This document shows, piece after piece, positions 49,177-58,998 of a DNA stretch of 64,000 bases. This stretch comes from a virus (Duplodnaviria > Caudoviricetes): the IMG/VR virus record IMGVR_UViG_3300032092_000001; one strand, written 5' to 3'. Under the pieces are notes generated by a model. It saw nothing but the letters and a program-made list of their open reading frames with translations, was not told where the DNA came from and did no database searches. How positions within the stretch are numbered: the first letter of the stretch is position 1; the number at the start of each line of letters is the position of its first letter. The position numbers and the translations under genes are program-made.

Positions 49177-49443
49177 TTGAAAATGGAACATAACATGACT
49201 GAAGACGAATTAAAACAAGATTTAATGGATAAATTAAATGATTTATCCCCATTAGGTTCATTATTTGGTACGATACACTATAATACAAATGAAGATTTAA
49301 ATTTATTTATATCAAATTTAAATGAAGAACAATCCCTTTATTGTATTATTGAGTCAATTAAATATATACAGTCAAAAGGTTTATTCTCCCTTGAGGAATC
49401 CGAATGTCTATCAAAATCAATAAGAGTGATTTCTAATAAATAA
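49177..49443 (+). CDS. hypothetical protein
   Basis: 88 aa, likely start 49183; lies between a sigma70-like promoter and a terminator. Confidence 0.6.
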   Translation: MKMEHNMTEDELKQDLMDKLNDLSPLGSLFGTIHYNTNEDLNLFISNLNEEQSLYCIIESIKYIQSKGLFSLEESECLSKSIRVISNK

Positions 49444-49470
49444 AAAAGGTCAGATTTCTCTGACCTTTTT
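49443..49470. terminator. bidirectional intrinsic terminator downstream of the major capsid gene
   Basis: AAAAAGGTCAGA-TTTC-TCTGACCTTTTT; the loop reads GAAA on the minus strand. Confidence 0.85.
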
Positions 49471-49489
49471 ATTATCCATTAAGATAAGA

Positions 49490-51319
49490 TTATCTCAATT
49501 CTCTTAAATCAAATGTACGTACTCCATCAACTGTGATACGTCCGTAGAAACGGTTGTTAACCATCTTCTTAGCGTAACGTGTCATGATACCTTTGATAGG
49601 TGTGAAGTTGAATGGGTTATACATAGTTGGAGTTAATTGTAGAGGTACGTATGGAGCGTAGATGTAACCAGTATCCAATAAAGATGTACCTTTGTGACCA
49701 ATCAAGATTGTATTTGGTGGGAAGTATGGGTCACGGTACACTTGGTAACGTCCACTCAATGTTCCAACTCTTTCAATACCCATGTTGTATTGGTCTTGCT
49801 CAGGAGCCGCGTTTGATACGTGGAAGTATTCCAAGTCATCAAAAATAGCACTGATTTCAGAAGAAACTACAATCCAGTTAGCTCCACCTCTTAAAGTAGA
49901 CTTGTGAATTTGAGCTGAGATTTGGTTAATCGCAGTAATCAAAGTCTGATTCCAGTCTTTTTGAGTGTATGGAGTAGCTTGGTTGTTCATTCTCTTCCAA
50001 CCGTTGTAATCCCAACGTAATGTCCAAGCCGCACCTTTACGTAAGTCACGTAAGATTTCACGGTCAATTTCTGCCGCAACTTGCTCAGACAATAATGCTG
50101 TCAATTCAGCTTCAGCGTCAATGTTGTGGAATGCCGCAACGTCTTGAGCTAATTCAGGAGACCATTGTGCTCTTAACTTTCTTTCAGTTACAGAAACTGT
50201 TACTGATTGTAAGTCAAAAGAAACTTCACCAATTTTGTCTTCAAATTCCAACTCTTCGTATCTCTTGAAGAATGCAGTAATTGGGTTAGTACCTGTAGTA
50301 CCTGTCATAGCCGCCGCACTAAATGTAATACCGCTATATCCATCAGGAGTTGCTCCACCACATGAAATACATGCTGGTACTTGAGTATCAACTTCTAAAT
50401 AAATAACACCATTAGCATCACATAAGTTATCATATGAACCACCATTACCTGAACCAGGCCATGATGCAGTTGCTTGAGAACCGTACTGAACGATACCTTG
50501 TCCGTATTTTTGAGTAACTACACGGAACAACAATGGAGTTGTTGTAGTAACACCCAAAGCACTTGCAAACGCTGAACTTGGTAACAATGTTAAATCAGAC
50601 AAAAATGCCTCATTATCCATTTCCTGTCCATCAGGACCAATCAATTTACCTGCTCCTGAGTTAGAGAAACCTGACATAGCTACAATAACTTTACGGTATT
50701 CCGCTCCACCATATGCAGATACAGACAATGAACCACCAGTCCATACAACTGTGTTAGTCACAGCAGATAACCACTGATAACGTCCTTTTGAATAGTCAAA
50801 TAAACCTGCTGGGTCTAAACCTGGCTCATTTCCTTCGTAGAATAAATCATACAAATTCTTAGCAATAGCTCCAGTGTCTGAATTATAACCAGCTTCTGAA
50901 GATGAAGGTCCGTTTGGTGCTCCGAATGGTGCGTAGTGACCATTACCATTACCATTTGCAACCGCTGGAGTCGCTCCAGTCCATCCTTGGATTTGAGGTA
51001 CAAAGTAGAACAATTTACCGATTGGTAAGTTCATAGCTTGTACTGATACGATTTCGTTAGCTAACAACTTAGAGAATACACGTCTGATGATTGGGAATAC
51101 AACCGTCTCAAAAGAACCTGAATCCGCAGTAGTTGCAGCTTCGTTAATCAAATGTGACGCTTGGTTTTCATACAACTGAGCTACATTTTCTTTTAGGTGG
51201 CCTTTAAGACCTTCTAGGAACCCTAATTTGTCCCATTTGTTTATAGTGTCTTCTTTGATAACTTTCAAGTGCTTAAGACCGATGTTACCTACTAATCCAC
51301 TTTCTAATAATGCTCCCAT
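49490..51319 (-). CDS. gp23: major capsid protein, T4 gp23-like
   Basis: VSVQAMNLPIGKLFY, RKLRAQWSPELAQDVAAFHNIDAEAELTALLSEQVAAEIDREI, YAPYVPL, GIMTRY. Confidence 0.97.
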   Translation of the reverse strand: MGALLESGLVGNIGLKHLKVIKEDTINKWDKLGFLEGLKGHLKENVAQLYENQASHLINEAATTADSGSFETVVFPIIRRVFSKLLANEIVSVQAMNLPIGKLFYFVPQIQGWTGATPAVANGNGNGHYAPFGAPNGPSSSEAGYNSDTGAIAKNLYDLFYEGNEPGLDPAGLFDYSKGRYQWLSAVTNTVVWTGGSLSVSAYGGAEYRKVIVAMSGFSNSGAGKLIGPDGQEMDNEAFLSDLTLLPSSAFASALGVTTTTPLLFRVVTQKYGQGIVQYGSQATASWPGSGNGGSYDNLCDANGVIYLEVDTQVPACISCGGATPDGYSGITFSAAAMTGTTGTNPITAFFKRYEELEFEDKIGEVSFDLQSVTVSVTERKLRAQWSPELAQDVAAFHNIDAEAELTALLSEQVAAEIDREILRDLRKGAAWTLRWDYNGWKRMNNQATPYTQKDWNQTLITAINQISAQIHKSTLRGGANWIVVSSEISAIFDDLEYFHVSNAAPEQDQYNMGIERVGTLSGRYQVYRDPYFPPNTILIGHKGTSLLDTGYIYAPYVPLQLTPTMYNPFNFTPIKGIMTRYAKKMVNNRFYGRITVDGVRTFDLRELR

Positions 51320-51355
51320 TTTAATTTTTAGGTTTAATTATTTGTTTGTTTATTT

Positions 51356-52819
51356 TTATTTAATTATTTTTGACATGATGTCTTTCATTCTCATGAATTG
51401 AGGATTCTCATATGTCTTAGATTCAATCAAATTAATTGCTGAACCTGACTGAGGTGCCTTATCAATCGCTTTTTCAAAAGACTCATTCATGAATTGTTGA
51501 GTATTATTTCCACCCAACTCTTCTTTTATTGTTTTATACAAAGCCTTAGATTCTTTTAAAGATTCTGCAGAATCAAATCTTCTCAAAATGTTAATTTTTT
51601 CTTGCTTAGATGTAGAATGTTCTGTAAACAATCTTGTAGCATATGCTAAATTTGAATTAAATACAGCAACTTCGTTAAGTTTGTCTCTGAAAATATTCAA
51701 AGCCTTTCTGTATTCTTCGTTTTTAGCTCTTAACATTCCAACTTCTTCTTCAACACTCTCTTTGAAAACAAGGTTTCTGTTAGGAGTAATTCCTTTTCTT
51801 AATCCTCTACCTTCTTTAGAACCAAACCCATAAGTACGAGCCGCTTCTTTAGCTTCTTCTTTACTCATTTTTGGAGTTCTACCTTCCATACCGATAACCT
51901 CTTCTTTGAATTCAAATTTTGGTTTACCAGTACCCATAGTAGGATTACCTTTTTTCATTGTTTCTTTAAATCCGCCTTTAGATTTCTTGTAAGAGAATTT
52001 TGAAGCCGAACCTGTTTTAGCACCCTTACCAACTTTTGGTTTAGATGTTAATTTTGATTCCATCATATAATCTTCTTCATCCATCTCATCAGCTTCGTCC
52101 ATTTCAATTTCGTAAACTACTTCATCAGACTCTTCTTCTAAGTTTGACATTGCGTCTGAACCTGACATGAATAATACGTCTTCATCATCTGAATCCATAT
52201 CCATTTCATTGTCTGTTCCCATTTCATCATCAAATTCTAAGTCATACATGATTTCGTCTCCGTCATCATCTACATCATCAAATTCAAATTCAGAAGTGTG
52301 TGGAACTTTCTCAGATTCAAAATCTTCTTCAATCTCTTCAGTCCATTCTTCGTCCATTTCTTCTTCAGACTCAGTTTGGATTAAATACTCAGTATCTTCA
52401 TTGTCATCATTCAAATGAATATAATCATCATCCTGAACAACTGTGATACCATCTTCTGAAGACATTGCTTTGAAAACCTTCAATACCTCTTCATCAGAAG
52501 CGTCAGTTAAATCAATAGTTTCTTCGTCATCTGAATCCATGTCAATATCCATATCCATGTCATCGTCGTCATCGGCGATATCCATATCCATGTCTACATC
52601 CATATCCATGTCATCAGTATCAACTTGCATATCGTCACTGTCATCAGTGTCAATATCAAGTTCATCCTCGTCAGCCTCGTTTTTCATAGACTCTTTTACT
52701 AATTCGCTAATTTCTTCCTTCATAGTAGAAGCAAGTATTTCTTTTGCGTTTTCATTGATAGCTTCTTCCAAATTTTGGATTTGTACGATAGCTTCCTCAA
52801 CTAAGTTTTTTTCACTCAT
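51356..52819 (-). CDS. prohead scaffold/core protein (gp22-like)
   Basis: Extremely acidic, coiled-coil C-terminus (LNEVAVFNSNLAYATRLF), directly upstream of the capsid gene. Confidence 0.75.
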   Translation of the reverse strand: MSEKNLVEEAIVQIQNLEEAINENAKEILASTMKEEISELVKESMKNEADEDELDIDTDDSDDMQVDTDDMDMDVDMDMDIADDDDDMDMDIDMDSDDEETIDLTDASDEEVLKVFKAMSSEDGITVVQDDDYIHLNDDNEDTEYLIQTESEEEMDEEWTEEIEEDFESEKVPHTSEFEFDDVDDDGDEIMYDLEFDDEMGTDNEMDMDSDDEDVLFMSGSDAMSNLEEESDEVVYEIEMDEADEMDEEDYMMESKLTSKPKVGKGAKTGSASKFSYKKSKGGFKETMKKGNPTMGTGKPKFEFKEEVIGMEGRTPKMSKEEAKEAARTYGFGSKEGRGLRKGITPNRNLVFKESVEEEVGMLRAKNEEYRKALNIFRDKLNEVAVFNSNLAYATRLFTEHSTSKQEKINILRRFDSAESLKESKALYKTIKEELGGNNTQQFMNESFEKAIDKAPQSGSAINLIESKTYENPQFMRMKDIMSKIIK

Positions 52820-52834
52820 TATAGTATTTTATTG

Positions 52835-52841
52835 ATAAATA
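52835..52841 (-). promoter_or_regulatory. putative late promoter TATTTAT for the scaffold-capsid operon (second copy at 52882-52888)
   Basis: 15 nt before the ATG at 52819. Confidence 0.65.
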
Positions 52842-52883
52842 TATCATAGTGTGAAAAAATCTTATTTTTTAATGTTTAGGCAT

Positions 52884-52916
52884 AAATAAAGGGAGATTTC
52901 TCTCCCTTTATTTTTT
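52884..52916 (-). terminator. intrinsic terminator
   Basis: AAATAAAGGGAGA-TTTC-TCTCCCTTTATTT. Confidence 0.8.
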
Positions 52917-52931
52917 AAAATTGTTTTTTAA

Positions 52932-53147
52932 TTACTCAAAAATTTCATCAATTTTACTTTCAGCTACTGAGGTAATTCTCCAATCATAACTAAAAGACTC
53001 GTAAGCCTTTGTAACTTTTGCTTCAACATCGGTTACATTATAACCTTTAACAAGTTTTTCTTCTCTTACTTTTTTAATTTTTCCTGAGTTCTCATCTGGC
53101 AAGTCATATTGTACTTTTGCCACAAAATATTTTTCGTCTAGTTCCAT
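52932..53147 (-). CDS. DUF4494-like small protein
   Basis: YFVAKVQY...KIKKVREEKLVKGYNVTDVEAKV...WRITSVAESKIDEIF resembles the Bacteroidota DUF4494 family. Confidence 0.55.
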   Translation of the reverse strand: MELDEKYFVAKVQYDLPDENSGKIKKVREEKLVKGYNVTDVEAKVTKAYESFSYDWRITSVAESKIDEIFE

Positions 53148-53153
53148 AATATA

Positions 53154-53873
53154 TTATTTTCCTAAATAATCGGAAAGTTTACTCATTAAATCAAGCGATT
53201 TGTTTAAACCTCTAGCCGCTTTTTCTTCTTTTTCTTCCTGAAGGTTTTCTTCGTACTTATATCTGTCATTCGGGTCCGAAAAAAGATATGCCCCAGGAGT
53301 TGACGGAGACGACACTAAGTCAAAACAGATTAATTCAAAATCATCTTGAACTTCATTTCTATCTCCAACTTTTTTTAATGAACCAACACCTCTTGATGAT
53401 ATACCTAATGTAACACCAAGTCTTAATAAGTTAGCCGCTTGGTCTCCTTTAGTTGATACAATTCCTCTCTCATGGAATCCTGGTGAAGTAAGTAATAATA
53501 ATTTACCTAATAGTACATTACCGTCCCACCACATATCTGTAATAATGTGAGATACTCTATCTAAGTCAATCAAAGAAGATTCAGGGTGATTTAGTTCGGA
53601 TAATGCAGTTTTTCTACCAATATAATTTTTCTTATAATTTTCTGACTCTCTCTTTAATATTCTTTCAGGATATATTCTACCATTTCTATTTGGGGTGTCG
53701 TATTTTTGAAGTACCGCATAAAACTCAAAAGGTTTTGAGTAATCTTTAAAATCTTTACTCTCTTGTAAAAATTTTAAATTATTCATCTCACTTGGGGATA
53801 CATACCCCGCATCCATTTCAATTAGAATTCCTCTACCAATCTCAGTTGGACCTAATATCTTATAATTTTGCAT
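53154..53873 (-). CDS. gp21: prohead maturation protease, T4 gp21-like
   Basis: NRNGRIYP, ELNHP, VSHII, LGISSRGVGS, DLVSSPSTPGA. Confidence 0.93.
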   Translation of the reverse strand: MQNYKILGPTEIGRGILIEMDAGYVSPSEMNNLKFLQESKDFKDYSKPFEFYAVLQKYDTPNRNGRIYPERILKRESENYKKNYIGRKTALSELNHPESSLIDLDRVSHIITDMWWDGNVLLGKLLLLTSPGFHERGIVSTKGDQAANLLRLGVTLGISSRGVGSLKKVGDRNEVQDDFELICFDLVSSPSTPGAYLFSDPNDRYKYEENLQEEKEEKAARGLNKSLDLMSKLSDYLGK

Positions 53874-53888
53874 TTTATCGTTTTATAG

Positions 53889-53895
53889 ATAAATA
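53889..53895 (-). promoter_or_regulatory. putative late promoter TATTTAT
   Basis: 15 nt before the ATG at 53873. Confidence 0.65.
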
Positions 53896-54360
53896 CTAAT
53901 TATTTTCTATTTTTACTGTTTTTTGAGATTTAATTGTTTTAGTCAAATGAAATGTAAAACACCTGTTATATTTGAAATTATCTTTTTCAACTCCGTCAAT
54001 AATTGTTTTGACAAAGTTTCTAACTTCTTGTGATTTGAAATCTAATTGCTTTTTAACGAAGAAAGTAATTTCTAAATTCATAAATGACTTTTTATGAATT
54101 GAGATTCCGCTAGTTCTTAAATCTAAATCTACTATTGTCTTTGTTTCAAATAATAATGTATCAATTAATTCGTTAACTGTTGATTTAATGTTTTTTAATA
54201 ATATTGAGACGTGTCTATCCCAATTAAGTTCATCAGATATTGGTTCAACCCAAGTCTGTAAGTTTAAATAAATTGATTTTAAATTTTTTGAATCTACTGT
54301 TCCGTATCTACATTTGAAATTTTTATATCCCTTCAATTCACAAGATTTCCCTTTTTTCAT
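53896..54360 (-). CDS. hypothetical protein with its own sigma70-like promoter
   Basis: 154 aa. Confidence 0.6.
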   Translation of the reverse strand: MKKGKSCELKGYKNFKCRYGTVDSKNLKSIYLNLQTWVEPISDELNWDRHVSILLKNIKSTVNELIDTLLFETKTIVDLDLRTSGISIHKKSFMNLEITFFVKKQLDFKSQEVRNFVKTIIDGVEKDNFKYNRCFTFHLTKTIKSQKTVKIENN

Positions 54361-54393
54361 CTATTCTTTTCATATACCGTTTATTTCTGTTAA

Positions 54394-54422
54394 AGTATAA
54401 TCCCCATTTGGTTTTCAGTCAA
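54394..54422 (-). promoter_or_regulatory. sigma70-like promoter
   Basis: TTGACT (54422-54417), 17 nt, TATACT (54399-54394). Confidence 0.7.
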
Positions 54423-54449
54423 AAAAAAATCCGACATCTAGTCGGATTT
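54421..54449 (-). terminator. intrinsic terminator of the portal operon
   Basis: Stem AAATCCGAC/GTCGGATTT; the A tract at 54421-54429 gives a U tract on the minus strand. Confidence 0.8.
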
Positions 54450-54471
54450 ATAAAATTATTTTATATCTTTG

Positions 54472-55182
54472 TTAGATATTTTGGTTTAACTTCCAAAGTT
54501 TAACATACTCATCTTTTGAAATAATAGTTTTTTGAATTCTATCTTTAGTTTCTGTAAGTCTTTTATTTAATTCCTCGTCAGATTCATTAATTAGATTATC
54601 TAATTTTGAAATTGTATTCTCTTTAAGTTCCTCAAATTTAACTTTAAGAGTTTTATCGTCAACTGAAATTACATCTAAAACTTTTTGTCTATCTGATTCT
54701 GTTAGTGTTTCAAGATATTTTTTAGCGGTGTTATTAGCGACTTTCAATAATGTACTGATTGGAACCTTCGGTGTCTTATTTTCTTTAATAACTGAAATTT
54801 TATTTAATGACTCAACAATCTCCTTTCTAGCAATTGATTTCTTTTCAGGTTTAATTGTGTCACCGTAAATTAAATCGTCTATTTTACTATACTTATTTTC
54901 CTTTACAACATCACTAGTCCAAGACTTAATAAATTTAATAGTATTCTCATTTAACTTAACTGAATTAAATTCTTTTACTAAATCATCAATTAAATAATTT
55001 GCTGACTCTTTATCCAAACCTTTATTTTCATTTAGATTATCGTAAACGCTCATCATTTTACAAAAATCTTTATTTTTCAATAACTTAGTATTTAATAGTC
55101 TCATATCCTCTTTCAAATTATTCTTTTTGAAAGATTCCACTAATTTTGACTCAACCAATGTTTTTATTACTCCGAATCTCAT
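54472..55182 (-). CDS. hypothetical head-associated helical protein
   Basis: Immediately after the portal gene; several LVE/LNE/LTE sites. Confidence 0.5.
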   Translation of the reverse strand: MRFGVIKTLVESKLVESFKKNNLKEDMRLLNTKLLKNKDFCKMMSVYDNLNENKGLDKESANYLIDDLVKEFNSVKLNENTIKFIKSWTSDVVKENKYSKIDDLIYGDTIKPEKKSIARKEIVESLNKISVIKENKTPKVPISTLLKVANNTAKKYLETLTESDRQKVLDVISVDDKTLKVKFEELKENTISKLDNLINESDEELNKRLTETKDRIQKTIISKDEYVKLWKLNQNI

Positions 55183-55195
55183 TTTCTTTTTTATT

Positions 55196-55202
55196 ATAAA
55201 TA
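55196..55202 (-). promoter_or_regulatory. putative late promoter TATTTAT
   Basis: 13 nt before the ATG at 55182. Confidence 0.6.
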
Positions 55203-57044
55203 CTAATTACGAAGTAGTTTATTCAATTCATTTTCCATTTCACCTAAAGATTTTTTTGCTTTAGATAAATCAATCACCTCATCTTCACCTAACATCCCTG
55301 TATTCTCTAATAAAATATTTAAACTTTCTTTATTAAAATCACTTTCAGGTACTGTTTCGCCTGCGGGTGCTTCGGCCGGTGCCGGTTCTTCAGATGGGGA
55401 TTCTAAACCTCCACCTAAATCACCAAAATCTGATGATGGTGGTGTTGGACCTCCATATGGTTCAGAACCACCCTCTGCAGGTTTAACTTCCTCAGTGTCT
55501 TTTTTACCATACAATTTGTCAATATTATCAAATAAACCTGTATGTGTAATAACTTCAGCAGTCTTTTTAAGTTCCTCACCAACAGCTTTTTCAATTCTTT
55601 GTTGTTGTAAATCAAGTTTAATTTCTTCATCTGAGAAACCAAGAATATGTTTTTTAGCCCATGATACTGATACAGGAGCAATACCATTTCCAGTATCTGC
55701 AACCATATCCTTATATAATAAGACTTTTTCTTTCCATACATCAATCTTCATCAAATCAGCCTGAGTTGATGGGTTTGTTAGACTTAGTTGGAAATTAGAA
55801 ATTTCATCTTCAAATCCTTTAATAAACAAATGTATGATTGCAATCTTATTTAATTCTTGCAACATACTTTTTTGAATTCTGTTGATGGTTCTTGCGAAAC
55901 GAATATCTTGTAAGGATAAGTTTTTACCGTCCCCAACAGTTTCTTCAAAACCTAAGAATGCTTTAGGTACTCTTAATGCTGTCAATAATTTCTTTTGAAT
56001 ATATTCAATATCCGCAATTTCTGATAAGTTTTGAGCTCCTGCCAATGTTTCAATCGGGGATGCTTGAGCTGGGTCCCTTACAGGTACAAAGAAGTCTTGG
56101 TCTACGGCCATTTGATTAAATCTCATGTCTACGTTACCTGTTTGATGGTCCACAACTTGAGAACGTTTAAACTTATTTGCAAATCTTTGGATATATGGTT
56201 CAACATCGGCGTCGTCCATATTACCAACAAATACTTTGAAAATTCTTCTTTCAGGTGCTCTTGATGTTCTATAGATTAACATAGCGTCTTCAGAAAGTAG
56301 TAACTGTTTCCAAATACGTCTAGCCTTTTCTAACATAGAAGTACCATACGGTAATCTTCTATCATCACCTAACAATCTAAAGTGAGCAACCTCCCATGTA
56401 TTAAATTCTAAATCTTTTTGCTTCCATTTAAATTTTAAATGTTTTTTTGTTGGGTCTGTTGTTGAATCGGTAGAGTGAGACCCCATACCCGCCTCCAATC
56501 TTTCAATTTCAACAATTGGCATTTGCATACATCCAACAATACCTTTTTCCGGGTCTAATTTTAAGTAAACAAAATTATCCCCATACTTACATGTGTTTCT
56601 AGTCCACATTGGTAGGTTTGTATTGATATCTAAAATATTGTTAAATAAGTCAGCAAGTATTGATTTAATTCGTCTTGATTCAGAATATATTTGTAACATA
56701 TATCCATCTTGATTGATGGTAGTTGACTCCTCAGCGTATATGTCTAATGCCGCTGAGATTTCAGGTGTAAACTCCATAGACTCATAATCATAAAACGATG
56801 CCAATCTTGTTGGTTCGTAATACGTGGCTTGAGTATATAAATTATTCTCAATCTTAGCCCATTGATTCGCTAAATAATAGGTTTGTTGGGCTTGTAATTT
56901 TTCTCTTTCGTAATCTTGTTTAGACGGAGTTTTTAATAACTCTTTCTTATCATATTTGTATGTAGGATAATCCTGACCCAAAAGAGAATTGGGTCCGAAT
57001 GTTTGTGATAACCTTTGCCAAACTGTTAGTTTATTTTCACTCAT
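55203..57044 (-). CDS. gp20: portal protein, T4 gp20-like
   Basis: LLSEDAMLIYRTSRAPERRIFKVFVGNM, DFFVPVR, IETLAGAQNL, LRVPK, DIRFARTINRIQ. Confidence 0.95.
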   Translation of the reverse strand: MSENKLTVWQRLSQTFGPNSLLGQDYPTYKYDKKELLKTPSKQDYEREKLQAQQTYYLANQWAKIENNLYTQATYYEPTRLASFYDYESMEFTPEISAALDIYAEESTTINQDGYMLQIYSESRRIKSILADLFNNILDINTNLPMWTRNTCKYGDNFVYLKLDPEKGIVGCMQMPIVEIERLEAGMGSHSTDSTTDPTKKHLKFKWKQKDLEFNTWEVAHFRLLGDDRRLPYGTSMLEKARRIWKQLLLSEDAMLIYRTSRAPERRIFKVFVGNMDDADVEPYIQRFANKFKRSQVVDHQTGNVDMRFNQMAVDQDFFVPVRDPAQASPIETLAGAQNLSEIADIEYIQKKLLTALRVPKAFLGFEETVGDGKNLSLQDIRFARTINRIQKSMLQELNKIAIIHLFIKGFEDEISNFQLSLTNPSTQADLMKIDVWKEKVLLYKDMVADTGNGIAPVSVSWAKKHILGFSDEEIKLDLQQQRIEKAVGEELKKTAEVITHTGLFDNIDKLYGKKDTEEVKPAEGGSEPYGGPTPPSSDFGDLGGGLESPSEEPAPAEAPAGETVPESDFNKESLNILLENTGMLGEDEVIDLSKAKKSLGEMENELNKLLRN

Positions 57045-57197
57045 ATCTAATTATAACTCATTAAAGTTCCCAATAAACCTTATTTTGAACTTTTTTTATC
57101 GCCTTCGGGTTTTTTTACCGAATTAACTCCTTGTCCAGGGACAACTAACTTAGTTGTCTGTATTTTACCTGATTTTCTTCTTTTTATGAATCCCATA

Positions 57198-58940
57198 TTA
57201 TAATCCTTTGAATAACCATAAATAGTTTTCATAATCCTTTTTTGTTGGTTGATTTCTATGTTGTTTGTTATCAACACCAACAATTGGATTAAAATATGAT
57301 GTTTGTTGTACGTCATTTGTATTAACAGTCCATGATTCCATCATTACCTTCGCTTGGTTCATATTCTTAGAAAGTTGGGTAAATGAAGACTCCCCAACGT
57401 ATATTGCCATTGCAGTTGACATAATTAAATCATCATGTTGTCCTTTTTGATGGTCCGGTCTCCCATTAATATACACAAAGGTGTGCATTTCGCCAAGTAA
57501 TCGTTTAGACCTAATTATAAAACCATGTCTTAAATATTCCTCATATGTTGCAATAATTTGAACCCTTTTAGCGTTAAAGTTAATTCCCGGAATCTTATCA
57601 TTTATTTTTGGGTCAAACTTCCATTTATTTGACATATCCACACCGTCAACATACATGTTTCTATAACCTAATTCTCTCAATCTTAATGAAGTTGTAACAC
57701 CCATACCACCTGTAATATCAATTACAATAAAGGCATTATACATATTACCCCATTTAAAACACACTTCTGCTAAAGTATCGGGAGGTAATTTACCAATAAA
57801 TTCGGCAACTTGTTCCCTACTATCAAAATCAATTATTTGAAATGTTGAAAAGTCCTCACTATCACCTCTACTCACGTCAACCCCCATAATATATTTTTTA
57901 CCAACTTCAGGTTCTTTCCAAATCCATAAACCTCCACCCATCATTGTAGTTTCAGGGTCTCTTAAATCGTCATTTTTAATCTTTTCAAGTAAATTTGAAT
58001 CAAATACGTTGTCACCAGAACCCAAGAATGCACATTCCAATTCCTGATTAACCTTTCTTTTGTCGTATTTTAACTTTTTAACCATTGACTCATACCAAGA
58101 TGAGGATGGTTTATACCCCTTATTAATTAATTCTCTAATCTCGTCAAATTTCTTTTCTTTCCCATTATAATCAATAATTTCAGTTTCTTGATATTCATGA
58201 CGATTTAAATAATAATGGATAATGTCTTTAACATTAATTAATTGTAAGTCCTTAGCATATCTTGGGTCTTTCCACCAAACCATTTCAGAGATTTTAAACT
58301 CATTCATACCTTTTAAGGCTTGGTCGTAAATTTCATAATAAATTGGGTCAAATCCATTTGGAGTTGATACTACAATTACTTTACCTCCAGTGGATAATGA
58401 CGCCATACAAGCCGCCCAAAAATCTTCATCAGCATCAATATATGCCGCCTCATCAAATATTAATATTGTTGGAGTATAACCACGTAAAGCATCTTTTGAT
58501 GTCGCAACGGCTTTAACCTCACATCCGTTTGTTAATTTGAAGTGTCTTTGTGAATTCTTCTCCACAGAGAAACCAACCCCAACCCAGCTCGGCCATTGGT
58601 CCGTAAACCCTCTAATTTTATTTGCAACTTCAACCGCAGTATCTAATTTATTCGCAATAATTAGAATCTTCTCAGGTTTATTTTTTTTAGCAAAAACTAA
58701 TCTTTTTGAAGACCAAGCAGCAGTAACTGTGGATACACCGGCTTGTCGGTATTTTAAAGCAATGTTTTCATTGTAATTTTCATAGTCCTCAACCAAACTA
58801 ACTTGGTCGGGAAATAGTTCTAATGGGACATATTTTTGTTGTGTATTATCATACGTCTGTAGATAAGTTTTCAAAGCATATGGTGTTGATTTCATACACT
58901 TTGCATATTCCATTAAAACAGCTTCTTTAGTTAAACTCAT
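57198..58940 (-). CDS. terL: terminase large subunit, T4 gp17-like
   Basis: KYRQAGVST (Walker A variant), LIFDEAA, VSTPNG, QELECAFLGS, GVDVSRGDSEDFS, HDDLIM. Confidence 0.95.
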   Translation of the reverse strand: MSLTKEAVLMEYAKCMKSTPYALKTYLQTYDNTQQKYVPLELFPDQVSLVEDYENYNENIALKYRQAGVSTVTAAWSSKRLVFAKKNKPEKILIIANKLDTAVEVANKIRGFTDQWPSWVGVGFSVEKNSQRHFKLTNGCEVKAVATSKDALRGYTPTILIFDEAAYIDADEDFWAACMASLSTGGKVIVVSTPNGFDPIYYEIYDQALKGMNEFKISEMVWWKDPRYAKDLQLINVKDIIHYYLNRHEYQETEIIDYNGKEKKFDEIRELINKGYKPSSSWYESMVKKLKYDKRKVNQELECAFLGSGDNVFDSNLLEKIKNDDLRDPETTMMGGGLWIWKEPEVGKKYIMGVDVSRGDSEDFSTFQIIDFDSREQVAEFIGKLPPDTLAEVCFKWGNMYNAFIVIDITGGMGVTTSLRLRELGYRNMYVDGVDMSNKWKFDPKINDKIPGINFNAKRVQIIATYEEYLRHGFIIRSKRLLGEMHTFVYINGRPDHQKGQHDDLIMSTAMAIYVGESSFTQLSKNMNQAKVMMESWTVNTNDVQQTSYFNPIVGVDNKQHRNQPTKKDYENYLWLFKGL

Positions 58941-58945
58941 ATAAA

Positions 58946-58952
58946 ATAAATA
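58946..58952 (-). promoter_or_regulatory. putative late promoter TATTTAT
   Basis: 5 nt before the ATG at 58940. Confidence 0.55.
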
Positions 58953-58970
58953 TACTAACCTGTTTTAAAT

Positions 58971-58998
58971 AATAAACCCCTCTATTGAGGGGTTTATT
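58971..58998. terminator. intrinsic terminator
   Basis: AATAAACCCCTC-TATT-GAGGGGTTTATT. Confidence 0.8.

Noticed and set aside
2212-58940. Inteins/introns in polB, terL, portal or capsid genes
   Set aside because: Lengths and motif spacing are continuous; no splice-junction or LAGLIDADG/HNH motifs seen.
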